Positions 9,482 through 20,320 are shown, counted from the stretch's first letter. The stretch: 64,000 bases of DNA from Alphaproteobacteria bacterium UBA1908 (GCA_002337525.1 DDGG01000031.1:18923-82922), one strand, 5' to 3'. A program made the numbers and translations. The notes: generated by a model from the letters alone, not told the origin.

Positions 9482-11821
9482 ATGTCAATGTCCAAAGAAG
9501 AATTACGTAACAGTGCTTTACACTATCACCAATACCCGAAGCCGGGAAAGCTTCAGATTACCGCAACAAAGCCACTGGGAACCCAGCGAGATTTAGCACT
9601 CGCCTATTCACCAGGTGTTGCCGCCGCCTGTGAGGAAATTGTTGACGATCCTCAAAATGCTTCTTTTTATACAGCGCGCTCTAATCTTGTTGCTGTTATT
9701 AGTAATGGAACAGCCGTTCTCGGCCTTGGAAATATTGGTCCTCTGGCCTCCAAACCAGTGATGGAAGGAAAAGCAGTTCTTTTCAAACAGTTTGCCAATA
9801 TTGATGTCTTTGATATCGAGGTGAATCAGCCTGATCCCGAGAAACTGGTTGATGTCATTGCCAGCCTTGAGCCTACCTTTGGCGCCATTAATTTAGAAGA
9901 TATTAAGGCTCCCGAATGCTTTTATGTGGAAGAAGAACTTAAAAAACGCCTGAAAATTCCTGTTTTTCATGATGATCAACACGGCACTGCTATTATTGTT
10001 GCAGCGGCTGTTCTCAATGGTCTCCATCTGGTTGGTAAAGATATCAAGCATGTGAAAATTGCTGCCTCCGGTGCCGGTGCCGCGTCTATTGCGTGCCTTA
10101 AACTCCTCGAAGGTCTTGGCGCTCAACGGAAAAATATTTTTGTGACTGATGCCAAAGGTGTTTTACATAATGAACGTACAAATATGGATCCTTTTAAACA
10201 ACAATATGCCAAAGACACAGATGCCCGTGTTCTTGCAGATATTGTTAAAGATGCCGATATCTTTCTGGGTCTTTCCGTCAGCAATCTTTTCTCTGAAGAC
10301 ATGCTGCGATCAATGGCGAAGGACCCTCTAATCCTGGCTCTTGCCAACCCAAATCCAGAAGTTGATCCAAACCTGGCCCGAAAAATACGCCCCGATGCCA
10401 TCGTTGCCACTGGTCGATCAGACTTTCCAAACCAGGTTAACAATGTCCTTTGCTTTCCTTTCATTTTCAGAGGAGCCCTTGACGTTGGAGCGACATCAAT
10501 CAATGAAGAAATGAAACTTGCCTGTGTTCATGCCATCGCAAATCTTGCACGTGCCGAACTTTCAGATATTGTCGCCCGTGTCTATGAAGAAGAAGAAATG
10601 CGCTTTGGAAAAGACTATTTAATTCCCAAGCCGTTTGATCCCCGACTGATGATCGAAATCGCCCCTGCCGTTGCTAAAGCTGCAATGGACACAGGGGTTG
10701 CAACACGCCCCCTGGAAGATATGGCCTCTTATCGTCAGGAACTGAGCCAGCATGTTTTCCGTTCCGGTCTTGCAATGCGCCCCCTTTTCGAACGGGCAAA
10801 ACAGGCACCTAAACGTGTTGTCTATGCTGAAGGGGAAGATGAACGCGTTCTTCGCGCTGTTCAAGTGGTGGTTGATGAAGGCCTTGCAAAACCTATCCTG
10901 ATTGGGCGACCCAAAGTTGTTGAAATGAGAATAGAACGCTTTGGACTGCGTTTAAAACCAGGCGTTGATTTTGACTTGATTGATCCGGAATGTGACCGCC
11001 GTTTCACATCCTACTGGCAAACGTATCACAAAATTATGGAACGCAAGGGAGTCACCCCCGATTTTGCTAAAACAATTGTACGGACAAACACAACAGTAAT
11101 TGCTGCTCTTATGGTTCATCGGGGAGACGCAGATGCTATGCTGTGTGGCCCTGTTGGTCGCTATCATCACCATTTGGAAAGCATCCGCGCTATTATCGGG
11201 CTTCGCGAGGGTGTTTGTGTGCCGGCCTCATTAAGTGTTTTGGTCCTTGATAAAGGTGTGTTTTTCCTAACAGATGGATATGTAAACAAAAATCCAACGA
11301 GTGAAGAAATCGCAAATCTGACTTTGCTTGCAACAGAGCAGGTTTTACAGTTTGGTATTTCACCAAAAGCCGCGTTACTTTCCCACTCAAGTTTTGGCTC
11401 CACGAATTCAGAATCCTCCCTGAAAATGAGAGAAGCCGTTTCATTCCTGCACGAAACCTACCCTGATCTTGAAGTTGAAGGAGAAATGCACGCGGATGAT
11501 GCTCTTGACGAACAATTACGTCAGCGTCTTTTCCCAAATTCCCGACTTAAAGGACAGGCTAACTTACTTGTCATGCCGTGTATAGATACAGCCAACATTG
11601 GATTCAATCTTTTGAAAGCGCTTGCAGGAGGACAACCCATTGGTCCAATCCTTCTTGGATTAGAGCATCCAGCACATATTATGACACCTGCGGTGACAGT
11701 CAGAGGGATTTTAAACCTCACAGCCGTTGCCGTTGTGGATGCCCAACAAAAAGAAAACCCTTATACAACAGGCATGTCTGAGGCTCTTATGCAAACTTGC
11801 AAGGTGGCTTCTAATGCATGA
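9482..11821 (+). CDS. maeB: NADP-dependent malic enzyme (malic enzyme plus phosphate acetyltransferase-like domain)
   Basis: [37 protein letters not shown]...[26 protein letters not shown] matches the MaeB N-terminus. Length of about 780 aa includes the PTA-like C-terminal half. Start set at Met26 of the track ORF (9482), behind GGAGAAGCTGAAGGA. Confidence 0.9.
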   Translation: MSMSKEELRNSALHYHQYPKPGKLQITATKPLGTQRDLALAYSPGVAAACEEIVDDPQNASFYTARSNLVAVISNGTAVLGLGNIGPLASKPVMEGKAVLFKQFANIDVFDIEVNQPDPEKLVDVIASLEPTFGAINLEDIKAPECFYVEEELKKRLKIPVFHDDQHGTAIIVAAAVLNGLHLVGKDIKHVKIAASGAGAASIACLKLLEGLGAQRKNIFVTDAKGVLHNERTNMDPFKQQYAKDTDARVLADIVKDADIFLGLSVSNLFSEDMLRSMAKDPLILALANPNPEVDPNLARKIRPDAIVATGRSDFPNQVNNVLCFPFIFRGALDVGATSINEEMKLACVHAIANLARAELSDIVARVYEEEEMRFGKDYLIPKPFDPRLMIEIAPAVAKAAMDTGVATRPLEDMASYRQELSQHVFRSGLAMRPLFERAKQAPKRVVYAEGEDERVLRAVQVVVDEGLAKPILIGRPKVVEMRIERFGLRLKPGVDFDLIDPECDRRFTSYWQTYHKIMERKGVTPDFAKTIVRTNTTVIAALMVHRGDADAMLCGPVGRYHHHLESIRAIIGLREGVCVPASLSVLVLDKGVFFLTDGYVNKNPTSEEIANLTLLATEQVLQFGISPKAALLSHSSFGSTNSESSLKMREAVSFLHETYPDLEVEGEMHADDALDEQLRQRLFPNSRLKGQANLLVMPCIDTANIGFNLLKALAGGQPIGPILLGLEHPAHIMTPAVTVRGILNLTAVAVVDAQQKENPYTTGMSEALMQTCKVASNA

Positions 11822-13211
11822 TGAGAGTTCTCTCCTAGAGAATGATCCTAAAGGAGCAGAGAGCCAGGAACTTTATGGTGCTTCTGCTGACCTTCAGGAA
11901 AAGGTTTTAAAGGCCCTTTCTGAAAATCAGACAAATGTTCTTTTTACCCTTCTTGAAGAAGAGCACGCCGCCGATATCGCGGACTTGATTAGAGTTCTAA
12001 AATCAGAAGATCGTCATCTTTTCCTGGAGACTGTCCGCCACCAGCTTCCTGCAGAAGTCATTTCCGAACTTGATGAGTCTGTAAGAGACGAGGTCTTTGA
12101 AATTCTCGGTACCTCAGGCCTTGCTGTAGCAGTAAAAGATCTGAACACAGATGATGCTCTTGACCTCATTGAAGACCTGGATTCAGAACAGCAAAAAGAG
12201 ATTCTACGAGCGGTTCCCGCTGGTGAACGCGCTATTTTGGAAGAAGGACTGGGTTACCCGGAAGATAGTGCGGGACGTTTGATGCAGCAAGAAGTTGTCT
12301 GTGTCCCCCCTTTCTGGACTGTGGGTGAGGCAATTTCTTTCATCCGGGATACAGGGGATGTTTCTGACAGCCTTTATACTATCTATGTCGTTGATCCTCG
12401 TCATCATCCTGTTGGCGAGATTTCTTTAAGCACACTTTTCAAGCACCCACTTGATACACAGCTTTCCGACATCATGTCAACAGATATTCGTTTGATTCCA
12501 GTTATGGAAGATCAAGAAAAAGTAGGGCATCTTTTTCGACATTATGCCCTTGTTTCTGCCCCTGTTATCGATGCCTCCGGACGCATTGTTGGCATGATTA
12601 CCTTTGATGATGTCATGTCTGTTATCGAAGAAGAGGCCGAAGAAGATCTCATGTTAATGGCAAAAGTGAGTGAATCTGACTTTTATGAGCCTGTTCTGAC
12701 AACAGCCCATTGGCGTGCACGATGGCTTATTGTTATTCTAATGACAACCCTTTTGGCCTCGCTTGTTATTTCCTACTTTGAAGCCTCGATTCAGCAAATT
12801 ACTGCTCTTGCTTTTCTGCTTCCTGTTGCTTCTGCAATTGGAGGGAGTTCGGGGATGCAGGTTGTTACCGTTGTTGTAAGGGCCCTTGCAACCAACTCTT
12901 TGCGAGAAAAAGACACCTGGCGTGCTGTTGGTAAAGAAGTGCTCGTAAGCCTTATTATCGGAAGCTTCTTTGCCCTTTTTGCAGGCAGCCTTGTCAGCTG
13001 GTGGCTTCATGATACAGGCCTTGGCCTTATTCTGGCTTTGGGGCTTTTCTTTAACATTATTTGGGCTGCATTTGCTGGAACTCTTATTCCTATCTTAATC
13101 CATCGCTTGAACCTGGATCCTGCCATCAGTGCCGGTCCTATCCTTGCCACGACAACAGATATTTTTGGATTTGCTATTTTTCTGGGTCTTGCAACGCTAT
13201 TTCTGCTTTAG
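11814..13211 (+). CDS. mgtE: Magnesium transporter MgtE
   Basis: Acidic N-domain, tandem CBS region (VVDPRHHPVGEISL.., VIDASGRIVGMITFDDV) and a 5-TM C-terminal domain with PILATTTDIFGF. ATG 11814 overlaps the maeB stop by 8 nt. Confidence 0.9.
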   Translation: MHDESSLLENDPKGAESQELYGASADLQEKVLKALSENQTNVLFTLLEEEHAADIADLIRVLKSEDRHLFLETVRHQLPAEVISELDESVRDEVFEILGTSGLAVAVKDLNTDDALDLIEDLDSEQQKEILRAVPAGERAILEEGLGYPEDSAGRLMQQEVVCVPPFWTVGEAISFIRDTGDVSDSLYTIYVVDPRHHPVGEISLSTLFKHPLDTQLSDIMSTDIRLIPVMEDQEKVGHLFRHYALVSAPVIDASGRIVGMITFDDVMSVIEEEAEEDLMLMAKVSESDFYEPVLTTAHWRARWLIVILMTTLLASLVISYFEASIQQITALAFLLPVASAIGGSSGMQVVTVVVRALATNSLREKDTWRAVGKEVLVSLIIGSFFALFAGSLVSWWLHDTGLGLILALGLFFNIIWAAFAGTLIPILIHRLNLDPAISAGPILATTTDIFGFAIFLGLATLFLL

Positions 13212-13272
13212 GCTGCAACAAGCTTTAAAATTCAAGGACAACGTTGATTATCAAGAATCATCAGACATAACT

Positions 13273-14796
13273 CTATTCCTGAGACGAAATGTTTTTTAGT
13301 TTGTTCCAGCACAGCAAGATTGCAAGTATACTAATAAAAATACCAAGCCCCATTAATACTGAAAAAGCTTCAGAAAAAGTTTCTTTTAAAAGACTGGAAG
13401 CTTCCTGGACTGTCAAAGTTTCACGAGGAAATTTCTCAAAGCTCCAGTGAGCCTCTGCAAAAATATTTTTCAGAATATGTTGCGTTGATTCAGACAGAGT
13501 CTGGGCCTTCTTGAGAAAAATATTATCCGACAAGCCCACCAAAAGGCTTGTGCTGATAACTGTACCAGCAGTGCACCCAAAACAGGCAATCATCGTAAAA
13601 ACCCCTGATGCCGTTGAAAGCATTGATTCAGGAACTGTTTTTAGCATTACCGCGTTAAAAGATGGCAGGCCCAACCCAAGACCCAAACCATAAAAAACAA
13701 AAGCAGAAACAATCTGCGCTTGAGATGTTTGTTCATTGAAGCCATAACTCAGGCAAAAACCAATAAGAGAGCAAATTAACCCTGCACAAACAGGCCACCG
13801 CACATCAACAAGATCACAAAGTTTTCCTCCAAAGGGAGAGAAAAGTCCCATCAGAACGGTCATTGGTAGAAACAAAATACCGGCTTCTTGAGGAGAGAAA
13901 TCTTTGACATTTTGAACGTAAAGCGTAAATAAAATTAGAATTAGAGAAAAAAGAAATTGTAATAGTCCATAACCGGTACAACACACCAGAAAAGCCCCGC
14001 GTTTATAAAGCTTTCTCGGAATAAGCGGAGACTTTAATCTTGCAGAAATTCTTTCAAATAAAATTAAAGCTACAGTTCCTGCACCCAGAAGACACCATAA
14101 CCCTGGATCAGAGAAGCCCCAGACTTCGCTTTGATTTAAGGCCACCATCATAAGGATTAATCCAGCAAACAGGAGAAAAGTTGTTAGCATATGAAGTTTT
14201 TCATCAGTTCCCCGGTCCATAGACTTATCAACAAACAGATAGGTTTTAAGGATCACCAAAAGACAAAGAGGAACATTTACCAAAAAGATCCAGCGCCATG
14301 AAAAATGTTCCAGAATAAACCCTGAGAAAGGAGGCCCCAGCGCAAGCCCTATACCAACACCAACACCCAAAATACCAATCGCAAATCCGCGTTTGTTTTC
14401 CGGAAACGAGGCAAAAACAAGCGCATAAATTGGGGGCACAAACAAAGCTCCGCTAAGCCCCTGAAGCCCTCGTGCGAAAATGAGGAGATTATCGGATTGG
14501 GCCAGACCGCAAAGCGCAGAAGAAATCAGAAATCCCCAAACGCCAAGCAACAACATTTTACGCTTACCATAAATATCTGACAAACGACCTGCGGCCACCA
14601 CAAAAGCTGACCAGGCAAGAACATAGCCACTGATTAACCATTGTAGCTTGTTAAGGTCACTCTCTACATCTTTTGAAATAGCAACAAGAGCAATACTGAC
14701 GGCAGTATAATCCAGATCAACCAAAACCAATAAAATAAACATAGTGCTCAGCACTAGCCAGGGATTTTGCTTTTTAGACGTTGACATCATTGTCAC
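13273..14796 (-). CDS. MFS transporter, DHA2 (14-TM drug:H+ antiporter-like)
   Basis: 507 aa, about 14 hydrophobic segments. The GRLSDIYGKRKMLL motif between TM2 and TM3 is typical of MFS efflux pumps. Confidence 0.8.
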   Translation of the reverse strand: MTMMSTSKKQNPWLVLSTMFILLVLVDLDYTAVSIALVAISKDVESDLNKLQWLISGYVLAWSAFVVAAGRLSDIYGKRKMLLLGVWGFLISSALCGLAQSDNLLIFARGLQGLSGALFVPPIYALVFASFPENKRGFAIGILGVGVGIGLALGPPFSGFILEHFSWRWIFLVNVPLCLLVILKTYLFVDKSMDRGTDEKLHMLTTFLLFAGLILMMVALNQSEVWGFSDPGLWCLLGAGTVALILFERISARLKSPLIPRKLYKRGAFLVCCTGYGLLQFLFSLILILFTLYVQNVKDFSPQEAGILFLPMTVLMGLFSPFGGKLCDLVDVRWPVCAGLICSLIGFCLSYGFNEQTSQAQIVSAFVFYGLGLGLGLPSFNAVMLKTVPESMLSTASGVFTMIACFGCTAGTVISTSLLVGLSDNIFLKKAQTLSESTQHILKNIFAEAHWSFEKFPRETLTVQEASSLLKETFSEAFSVLMGLGIFISILAILLCWNKLKNISSQE

Positions 14797-14927
14797 AATG
14801 ATAAAACCTCTCTGAAAGATATTCTCTTAAATCCTGCGCGACTATCTCATGAATTTGTTTAAATAGAAAGCGTTAAGAATAATACCATTTAAATAATTTA
14901 AACAATTCTAAAAGTGAAAAAGCATTT

Positions 14928-17720
14928 CTACAACTTACTTAGAGACTCTATCTTTTTTAACTTTTTTTGAAGCCTTTCCAAATGAGGCGAGTCTTTTGAA
15001 AAATGTTGTCTAACAACCAGAATGGACTGTTTATAGAAATCCAGGGCCTTTTGCTTTAAGGACCTTTGGTTCAAAACATTTTTGTTTGTAGCAAGCCTTT
15101 TCACATACAAGTCCCCCAGGGCCTCAAAACATTTGTACAGATCAGAATGAGCATTTTGTTTGTATATATTGAGAGGTTTCTGGAAGTGGGCTTCAGCATC
15201 ATCTAAACGGTTTTCAGCTAAATAGAGTTGACCCAGTTCGTATAGGGGATAAGCTCTTTTAATATGATCAAGCCCATAATGCTTGGTATATAAATCCACA
15301 ATCTTCCTTAGTATTTTGTGGGATTGATCAAATTTCCCCAGATTTCTATAAATTTTTCCTAAAAATACTGCATGCCAATACAAAGAAATATTATTCTCTC
15401 CTAAATATTCTTCCCGAGTTTTCAATGCTTTTTTGATAAGGTATTGGGCTTTCTTATAGTTACCCAAATCACTTTGCACACTTCCCAGGAAGGCTAGACT
15501 CCAGGCTGTTCTTAAATGATTATCACCAAAGTGGTCCTTATGAATAACAAGGGATTTTTTAAAACAATTTTGAGCCTTTTGAAGATTCCCTAAACTTGTA
15601 TAAACCTTACCCAAATAGACTAAAATCCATGCTGTCTCAATACTTTTCATACCATAATATTGTTCATATACCCCAAGAGCTTTTTCTAAAATATTTCTTG
15701 CTTGTTCATAATTTCCTAATTCCTCATAAATATTCCCAAGGTGCACCAGACTCCAAGCCGTCTTAATATGTTTTTTCCCGTAATAAACACCATAAATCAT
15801 ACACCCTTGTTCAACAAATTGTTTTCCGACAAAATACTCTCCTAAACGCCTGTGAACAGCTCCCAGAACAATATAAGACCGGGCCATTTTGACATCACTC
15901 TTTTCAGTAGAATTCTTATTAAGGTCTATTCCTTTTTGAAGAAATTTTTTTGCTTTCTTATCTTGATTTAACAAATAATAAGCCCAACCCAACTGATTAA
16001 ACAAATCCCCTTTAATATAGGTTTTCAGTAAAAGATCTTGCTTTAAAAAAATACTTATATGGTTAGTTATTAATTTTATTTTGGAGAAACTTCCTTTTTC
16101 TATTACATTATCCAAATAATCCTGCAAAAAACTCCCAATTATTTGAATAGATCTCTGCTTTTCAAGTAAATCCACAGCTTCATTCAGATAAGTCAAAGTA
16201 ATGGCCTGCACACTTCGATGCAAAGAAAGCGTCGAAACATTTTCAATCATCTGTTCACTGGTAATGAAAGAGTATTTTCGCAAATGGTGAATAAAGTTTT
16301 CCACGACAAGCTCAGGCTTTGACTTTTTCAGAAGTTCTACTGGAATATCCTGGGAATCAAGCACACTGATCAAAAGAAGCAGTTCTTTAAAGTTTGGATT
16401 TTCTTCCATAAGGGTATCAAGGGTCAGCGTAATAATGCCAAAACGTGTTTTCGTATAGTCGTTAAACTCTTTTAATAATAGCTTTTGGGCCTTATCAAAG
16501 CCTGGGGTGCGCCCCTGCAATCTTTTGAGATAAGTCTCAAAAGAAACATGCGCATCCTTGATATAATAGGCTGCCGTTGAAACATCGAGAGGGAAAGGAG
16601 GAAGTGAGTTTAAAAAGTATAGTTCTTCCCCTGAAGAAGGATGCGATTTCTGATCTTGGCCTCCTGAGAGAATCCTCCTGAAAAGACGTGCTTTTTCCGG
16701 AAGTGAAAGGGGAGGCACACGAAGGACTGAATTACTTTTTGAAACAAGATAATTTTTAACATTATCATCTCGTGTTGTTACAATAACATGGCCCTGTCCC
16801 CATACTGCCGGATCTTGGGGTAAGTATTTCCAGAATCCCTGAAGTGTTTCTACATTATCATAAATCAGAAGCCATTTTTGACGGGTCTTTAAAGCTCTTT
16901 TAACAAGCAAGAAAAGGCACTTTTCCCTTTCTTCTGAATCTCTGATTTCCCGAAGAAGCCTTACATCATATTTTTCTTCTTCTATCTGCGCCAGAGCCAT
17001 TGCCAGATCTGTAAAGGAATTTATCAGGCTTTCTTTTGTTTCCGCATTAATCTCCCAAACGACAGACATTTTCTGGGATTTGGCATACTGACGCGCCAAA
17101 GTTGTTTTCCCAGCCCCTCCAATGCCAACAAGGGCAACTGTCTGAATTTTCTCTGAGCCTTTTAATTTTTGATCAATTTTTGCCAAAAGATCCAGCCGTT
17201 GTAATAAAACAGAGTGATGAGGCAAGAAAAATTCAGAACGCACACTCTCTATTGTTCCGGCAACAGTGACCGCAAAATCTCTCACTTTTGGATAAAGAAA
17301 GCTTGCACATATAATGAACACGACCGTCAAAGCATAAAAAATGATCTTACGTCGTTGTTTCTTTCTTTGCAGTTCAAGAGAAAATGTACTTTCACAACCA
17401 AACTCTTGAACAGTCTTTTCTTCGTCATCTCCCGTTATGAACTGCTGATAATATTGCCTTACATATTTTTCCTGGCTTGATTTTTCAATAAAAGTCAGGA
17501 TTGTGTGTCGTCCCCCGGATCCAAGTTTTTGTGCAATTGCTTCCAAATGACTTTCAACGGTACTGGGCGAAATAGAAAGACGTAAGGCTATAGATTTCAC
17601 ATTCCAGCCACTTACAAGACAAGCAATAACATCAACCTGACGTCGCGTAAATTTGATCCCACCAATATTTTGTAAATGTTGCTCGTAGAAAATACGAGCA
17701 ACATCATCCCTGTCTGGCAT
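14928..17720 (-). CDS. LuxR/GerE HTH - single TM - NB-ARC/STAND NTPase - TPR protein (paralog A)
   Basis: 930 aa. HTH GIKFTRRQVDVIACLVSGWNVKSIALRLSISPSTVESHLEAIAQKLG (aa 21-67). Hydrophobic IIFYALTVVFIICASFL (aa 126-142) follows the basic RKKQRRK. Walker A GIGGAGKT (aa 199-206), LLIYDNVE, VIVTTRD. C-terminal repeats of about 42 aa, e.g. YGKKHIKTAWSLVHLGNIYEELGNYEQARNILEKALGVYEQY. Confidence 0.75.
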   Translation of the reverse strand: MPDRDDVARIFYEQHLQNIGGIKFTRRQVDVIACLVSGWNVKSIALRLSISPSTVESHLEAIAQKLGSGGRHTILTFIEKSSQEKYVRQYYQQFITGDDEEKTVQEFGCESTFSLELQRKKQRRKIIFYALTVVFIICASFLYPKVRDFAVTVAGTIESVRSEFFLPHHSVLLQRLDLLAKIDQKLKGSEKIQTVALVGIGGAGKTTLARQYAKSQKMSVVWEINAETKESLINSFTDLAMALAQIEEEKYDVRLLREIRDSEEREKCLFLLVKRALKTRQKWLLIYDNVETLQGFWKYLPQDPAVWGQGHVIVTTRDDNVKNYLVSKSNSVLRVPPLSLPEKARLFRRILSGGQDQKSHPSSGEELYFLNSLPPFPLDVSTAAYYIKDAHVSFETYLKRLQGRTPGFDKAQKLLLKEFNDYTKTRFGIITLTLDTLMEENPNFKELLLLISVLDSQDIPVELLKKSKPELVVENFIHHLRKYSFITSEQMIENVSTLSLHRSVQAITLTYLNEAVDLLEKQRSIQIIGSFLQDYLDNVIEKGSFSKIKLITNHISIFLKQDLLLKTYIKGDLFNQLGWAYYLLNQDKKAKKFLQKGIDLNKNSTEKSDVKMARSYIVLGAVHRRLGEYFVGKQFVEQGCMIYGVYYGKKHIKTAWSLVHLGNIYEELGNYEQARNILEKALGVYEQYYGMKSIETAWILVYLGKVYTSLGNLQKAQNCFKKSLVIHKDHFGDNHLRTAWSLAFLGSVQSDLGNYKKAQYLIKKALKTREEYLGENNISLYWHAVFLGKIYRNLGKFDQSHKILRKIVDLYTKHYGLDHIKRAYPLYELGQLYLAENRLDDAEAHFQKPLNIYKQNAHSDLYKCFEALGDLYVKRLATNKNVLNQRSLKQKALDFYKQSILVVRQHFSKDSPHLERLQKKLKKIESLSKL

Positions 17721-17737
17721 GTTAAAACTTTTTCATT

Positions 17738-17755
17738 TTATTGCTAACGCAATAA
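17738..17755. promoter_or_regulatory. Perfect inverted repeat TTATTGC-TAAC-GCAATAA just upstream of the STAND paralog A start codon
   Basis: Read directly: 7-bp arms with a 4-nt spacer, 18-35 nt upstream of ATG 17720 on the gene's strand. Candidate operator; function not established. Confidence 0.25.
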
Positions 17756-18233
17756 TTTTATCTTCTCCTCTTTCCTTATTAGCATATATTCCGGAAAAAT
17801 GAAGAAGGTTCCAAACAAGCGAGTTTCTTGAAACCAGAGCTGAATATTTTTATTAATCCTTTTTTAGAAATCAAAAACTTGATTTTTAATCACTCTTCAT
17901 AGATGATAGGCAAGTGTTGCCTTTTAGTGGGCTTGTTATTAGAGTGTTTCGACAGTTACCAATGACAGAGGTAAAAATGTATTATATATTCGCCAATACC
18001 ACTCCCTTTACAGGGTCCGCCACAAACTGTTCCGGTGATATCTGTTCGATCTTAATCCAACAAAGTGATTTATCATGTCTTTTAAGTCAATAAACTCTAC
18101 TGTTTCATTTTTTCTTTTCCCCTTCCATTCCCTTAACGTAAAATCAACGCCTTATTGGCATTATTATTCATAAAAATTTAAACCTGGTTTCCTTTAGAAA
18201 AATAATTGTACGAACTTTGATGAAAGAATAATA

Positions 18234-19127
18234 ATGAGTCTTATAGAAGTCTGGGCTGCTCTTGAAATTGGTCTGATATATGCCCTTGTTGCCCTTGCGG
18301 TTTTTATTTCCTTTCGTGTGTTGGATTTTCCTGACCTCACAGCAGACGGTAGCTTCCCTCTGGGGGGAGCCATAGCTGCTACATTACTTGTTGGGGGGAT
18401 GTCACCCTGGCTTGCAACCGGATGTGCTATTTTAGGGGGGATGTTTGCAGGACTCTTCACCGCCTGGCTCAATCTAAAATGGAAGATCCTTAACCTTCTC
18501 GCCAGCATTCTAACAATGACGGCTCTTTACTCTATTAACCTAAGGATTATGGGACGTCCCAATGTGGCTTTGCTGGATGAAGAGACTATCTTCACACCGT
18601 TTGAAGCCCTCACAGGCTCTCACCTTTATGGCATTTTACTGCTAGGAGGCCTGGTAATATTAACTGTAGGTTTTCTGTTTTGGCGTTTTATGATTTCGGA
18701 CACCGGGCTTGCTTTGCGCGCAACAGGATCAAACCCCCGCATGGCTCTCGCTCAAGGTATATCAATCAAAAGAACAACCTACCTGGGCATGGGCTTAAGT
18801 AACGGCCTTATTGCCCTTGCCGGCGCTCTTTTTGCTCAAAGCCAGGGATTTGCCGATATCACAACAGGTGTCGGTACCATTATTTTTGGACTCGCTGCTG
18901 TGATTATTGGAGAAGTTCTGATACCTTCCCGATGGATGTCGCTTATTATTCTGGGATGTATCCTGGGATCAATTGTATATCGTTTGGCTGTTGGGTTTGC
19001 GCTCAATGCGGGAGCAATCGGATTACAAACTTCAGACCTTAATCTGGTAACAGCAACCCTTGTTGCACTTGCGATGATTTTGCCCCGAATTCGCCAATCT
19101 TCCCCTTTAAGTTCCGGGAGAAAATAA
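18234..19127 (+). CDS. ABC uptake transporter permease (uncharacterised branched-chain/BMP-like family)
   Basis: 297 aa, multi-TM. The N-terminus EIGLIYALVALAVFISFRVLDFPDLTADGSFPLGGA is typical of the permease family that pairs with the ATPase below. Confidence 0.8.
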   Translation: MSLIEVWAALEIGLIYALVALAVFISFRVLDFPDLTADGSFPLGGAIAATLLVGGMSPWLATGCAILGGMFAGLFTAWLNLKWKILNLLASILTMTALYSINLRIMGRPNVALLDEETIFTPFEALTGSHLYGILLLGGLVILTVGFLFWRFMISDTGLALRATGSNPRMALAQGISIKRTTYLGMGLSNGLIALAGALFAQSQGFADITTGVGTIIFGLAAVIIGEVLIPSRWMSLIILGCILGSIVYRLAVGFALNAGAIGLQTSDLNLVTATLVALAMILPRIRQSSPLSSGRK

Positions 19128-19888
19128 TGCTATCTCTTGAAAATGTTTCTGTAACCTTTAATAAAGGCACACTGTTAGAACGACGAGCCCTAACAGATAT
19201 TAATCTTACCATCAGGGAAGAAGATTTTGTAACAGTTATTGGTAGCAATGGAGCGGGAAAATCGACACTCCTTAACATCATTACCGGTAATATTTGCCCT
19301 CAAAAAGGGCGAATTCTTGTTAACGATACGGAAGTTACCGCATGGCCCGTTGAGAGAAGAGCACGATTTGTTGCCAGAGTATTTCAGGACCCTCTTGAAG
19401 GAACGTGTGGGGAATTAACCGTTGAGGAGAACCTGGCTCTTGCCCTTAAAAGAGGGACTCAACGTACATTATCAAAAGCCCTTAATGGAAAGAATCGAAA
19501 CCTTTTTGAAGAAACTCTGGCACGACTTAATCTTGGTCTTGAAAAAAGATTACGTCAGCCTATTGGCCTTCTTTCTGGGGGGCAAAGGCAGGCAATTTCT
19601 TTAATGATGGCCGTGCTTTCCCCCATGGAGATTCTTGTTCTTGATGAACATACAGCAGCCCTGGATCCAAAAACAGCTTCTTTTATTATTAAATTGACGC
19701 GCGATATTATTGCGGAGAAAAAACTGACCGTCTTGATGGTGACCCACAGTATGCATCAAGCCCTTGATGTGGGAACACGAACAATTATGATGCATGACGG
19801 CATTGTAAAAAGGGATTTAGGAGAAGAAGAGCGTAATAAGCTGACACACCAGGATCTATTGACTTTTTTTGAAGAAATTGATGGATAA
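19127..19888 (+). CDS. ABC transporter ATP-binding protein
   Basis: 253 aa. Walker A GSNGAGKST, signature LSGGQRQAISL, Walker B ILVLDEHTAALD. Its start overlaps the permease stop. Confidence 0.9.
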   Translation: MLSLENVSVTFNKGTLLERRALTDINLTIREEDFVTVIGSNGAGKSTLLNIITGNICPQKGRILVNDTEVTAWPVERRARFVARVFQDPLEGTCGELTVEENLALALKRGTQRTLSKALNGKNRNLFEETLARLNLGLEKRLRQPIGLLSGGQRQAISLMMAVLSPMEILVLDEHTAALDPKTASFIIKLTRDIIAEKKLTVLMVTHSMHQALDVGTRTIMMHDGIVKRDLGEEERNKLTHQDLLTFFEEIDG

Positions 19889-20149
19889 AACTGCTCGGTC
19901 ATAATCTACTTTCAGCTGAAGATAATCAAAAACATTGTCCTAAAAAAAACAAAATAGACATAGCCCTGCGAGATAGTGCCAGCACAGCACCACAAAAAGA
20001 TCCCCTTTTAAAAAAATATCACCTGTCCTCATATGAGAGTTTTAATGCTTTATATTTGCCTTTTAGGATATTTATTTGCACAAAAACAATAAAATCAACC
20101 CACAGAAAATCTTGTTTTTTAATAAGAATATAGAACCCAAGACAATATT

Positions 20150-20177
20150 TTGACAAAATAAGATTGAATACTAGAAA
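20150..20177 (+). promoter_or_regulatory. Candidate sigma70-type promoter for cspA (TTGACA, 16 nt, TAGAAA)
   Basis: TTGACA at 20150-20155 and TAGAAA at 20172-20177. This would give a 5' UTR of about 140 nt, consistent with the long leaders known for cold-shock genes. Sequence pattern only. Confidence 0.25.
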
Positions 20178-20320
20178 ATATGTGTTACTATTGCCTTGGT
20201 TTCGGATAAGACTATGACGAACGACTTGAGACTACAGGGCAAAATCTTACTTCTCTACTCTTCTTCACCTGACTCTTCCAAGGCCGATTGTAACGACTAA
20301 AACAACAAGGATTATACGAC

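Noticed and set aside
10123-10503. 126-aa Arg/Ser-rich ORF, plus other antisense or alternate-frame ORFs inside maeB (9893-10126, 10619-10864, 10952-11537)
   Set aside because: All are embedded in the well-supported maeB frame. Their Arg/Ser/Cys-rich low-complexity composition is typical of antisense reading, and they have no RBS.
18194-18508. 104-aa minus-strand ORF overlapping the ABC permease start
   Set aside because: It is antisense to a clear permease frame. It is Arg/Ala/Pro-rich and has no RBS.
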